A stretch of DNA of 64,000 nucleotides from Octopus vulgaris. Its lineage: Eukaryota. Position 1 is the first letter of the stretch. Every line of letters begins with the position of its first letter. A program made the translations under genes and the position numbers. The DNA lies in contig OX597842.1 in assembly GCA_951406725.2 (NCBI GenBank), positions 25,606,001-25,670,000 of the forward strand, read 5' to 3'. The notes under the pieces were generated by a model. The model did no database searches, was not told the DNA's origin, and saw only the letters and a list, made by a program, of their open reading frames with translations. This document shows positions 62,049 through 64,000 of the stretch, one piece after another.

Positions 62049-64000
62049 GCTCTATTGAAGAGGATCAGTGAAAGCGTGTCCCCCTGTCTAACACCTCGAC
62101 GAATCTCTATGCGTTCACTAACTTGCCCACCGACTGAGAATCTGGTAGTACTACCTTCATAGATCCCCTCTACAAGCGCTATAACATGCTCGTGGAACCT
62201 AAGTCTCCGCAGTGCCGCTTATACAAGAGAGTGCGAGACTGTATTGAAGGCCTTCGAGAGATCCAAAAAGGCAACCTCCAGCCGCGGTATTCTCAGTCGT
62301 GCTGGCCTCCCCATAGCGCGACTAACGAGCTGCTGAAGGAGAAATGAATTCTCACTGCAGCCGTCAGCGCGGATAAAGCCTCTTTGGCTTGGATTAAGAG
62401 GAGTTACCTGAAGCATGCGTTTGGCGACCATTTTAGAGATTAAACGATACACCGCAGAACATATCGTAATTGGTCGCCAGTTCGCAAGATCGTATGGGTC
62501 GTCTGATCTCTTGGGTATGAGAATCGACTTACCCCGCTTCAGGATCTCGGGTACTTTACCCGCCAGCAACATGCAGTTGCATATATTTGCTAGGACAGCT
62601 GGGTCCATTGCTTTGATTTCACCTATAGTGATGCTATCTGGACCCACCGCTGAGGAGATCTTCATTTGTTTTCTACTCACCTTAATCTCCTCCACGGAGA
62701 ACGGACTCAAGATGGAGTCGTTCTCAACCTGGGAGGAGGAGGGGTAGTTCTTCAGATCTACCTTAGGGCCTTGAGCGGAAAGCCTGCCCTTATAAAATTT
62801 CTCTATTGAATAGATTGGAATAGGGCATTCCTGCTCCCTGTTTTCACCTAACACAACTGCAAGGAGCTTCTTCCTATTTTTTCTAAATAGATCCTGATGT
62901 CGGGCATAAGCTTGACGCTTATCCCGACGCCTAGGCCTAATGTTACTCTTGTTCGGTGTGTTCCTATCACTAACTAAATTTCTCCTGTTGTTGGTAACTA
63001 CCCTGCGCGATTTATAATGCTCCACCCAGTCCTCTATAGTTTTCTCAAACGAGCCCCAAGCAATCGCTGTCCCGTCTTCCATGAGTTCCAAAAGGGCCTC
63101 GGAGAAGACTGCAGACCAGTGGGTATGCCCGGGGCATGCAGAATCGAGGAAGGGATCCCTCCAGTCAGAACTAGACTGGGGTTCTCCCCAGATCAGCCCT
63201 TTTCGATCCCACCTGTTTGGCTGTTTTGCCCGGTAGGAACCGTGCAATGGCTGCATTTATCTGCTTTACCCCCGTCTTCTTCAGCTCTGACTCCTTTTCA
63301 ACGAGGACCGCTACTTCCTCGTCGGACCAACAGCCCTTGCATCTTTGGCCTATTGCCTCAGCAGCGGCTGCCCGATTGGCACGTTTCTTTGCAATTTGCT
63401 CTAAGCGAGCAGCAATCCTGCGGGCATTCGCCACTACAGGATGCTTATGCCGAACGTGCTGCGATCGACTTATAGCCGTCAAAAAAGAACGGCTACAGTG
63501 GTCACAATCAAAGGAGGCTAGAGCTGGACTAGGGGCAGGTGCTCTAAATGCACTGCCATCACATCTACCAGCGTGACCCCTCAAAGAATGGAGGTGACCG
63601 CTTTCCCTATCACATTTGATGCATCTGTAAACAGGTCTAATACCATTTCTACAGATAACATGCTCCCCCCATGAATGGGGGGAGGAGAAGCGCAGAGGAC
63701 ATAGCGGGCAGGCTATGGAGCATGACGCGCAGGGAATTGTAAGTGAGAATTCTCTACCACCTGGAGTGGGGCTTGATACCCCCACTACCTCCTCTCGATC
63801 CATTTCTAAATTAAGAGAATGAATGGGGAGGTCCCTAGCATCACCCTCTCTGTCCGTCTCTAACGAAAACCGGACTTCATCGATGGGGTCATGTGCTAGG
63901 TCCAGTGGGAGTTGTTCTCCTCTCACTATCAGGGAATGTTCTTTGTATTCTAGTCTAAATATGTTTACTCTATTTCTATAATACTTCAGTGTCGGACGCA
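62049..64000 (-). mobile_element. R2 copy 6 (3'-truncated, runs off the window)
   Basis: ORF 63171-63926 shows all three fingers CPLC..H, CIKC..HAGRC and CDHC..HVRHKH plus Myb; ORF 62219-63256 has RT motifs. Confidence 0.92.

Noticed and set aside
63171-63926. Host C2H2 zinc-finger gene
   Set aside because: The fingers are followed by Myb and RT motifs, and the homologous copies abut the 28S target, so this is the R2 N-terminus.

Overview
Gene-free, repeat-dense eukaryotic DNA. The SINE repertoire and (TA)n tracts suggest a coleoid cephalopod, probably Octopus; this is inferred from recalled SINE motifs and not verified. No intact cellular protein-coding gene is supported. 1-13 kb is a patchwork of SINEs, RTE-LINE ends, a Tc1/mariner fragment, piggyBac-type MITEs, a palindromic double hammerhead ribozyme and a 63-bp SINE-derived minisatellite. 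13.3-29.4 kb holds related satellites (309, 139 and 161 bp) and two non-autonomous Helitrons. 29.6-64 kb is a macrosatellite of six 4.5-6.2 kb units. On the minus strand each unit reads: RTE RT fragment, then about 150-190 bp of 28S rDNA ending at the canonical R2 target (TATGACTCTCTTAA), then an R2-A clade retrotransposon (3 zinc fingers + Myb + N-terminal half of RT). The R2 is cut at the same point in every copy and fused to the 309-bp satellite. Two copies keep the full R2 5' end with a putative HDV-like ribozyme carrying a variable 15-bp minisatellite. The R2 copies appear to be mosaics of diverged lineages. Every recognisable LINE, LTR, Tc1 and Helitron fragment lies on the minus strand, so a unistrand piRNA-cluster or R2-archive role is a testable hypothesis. 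Coordinates were read by eye and may be off by a few bases.
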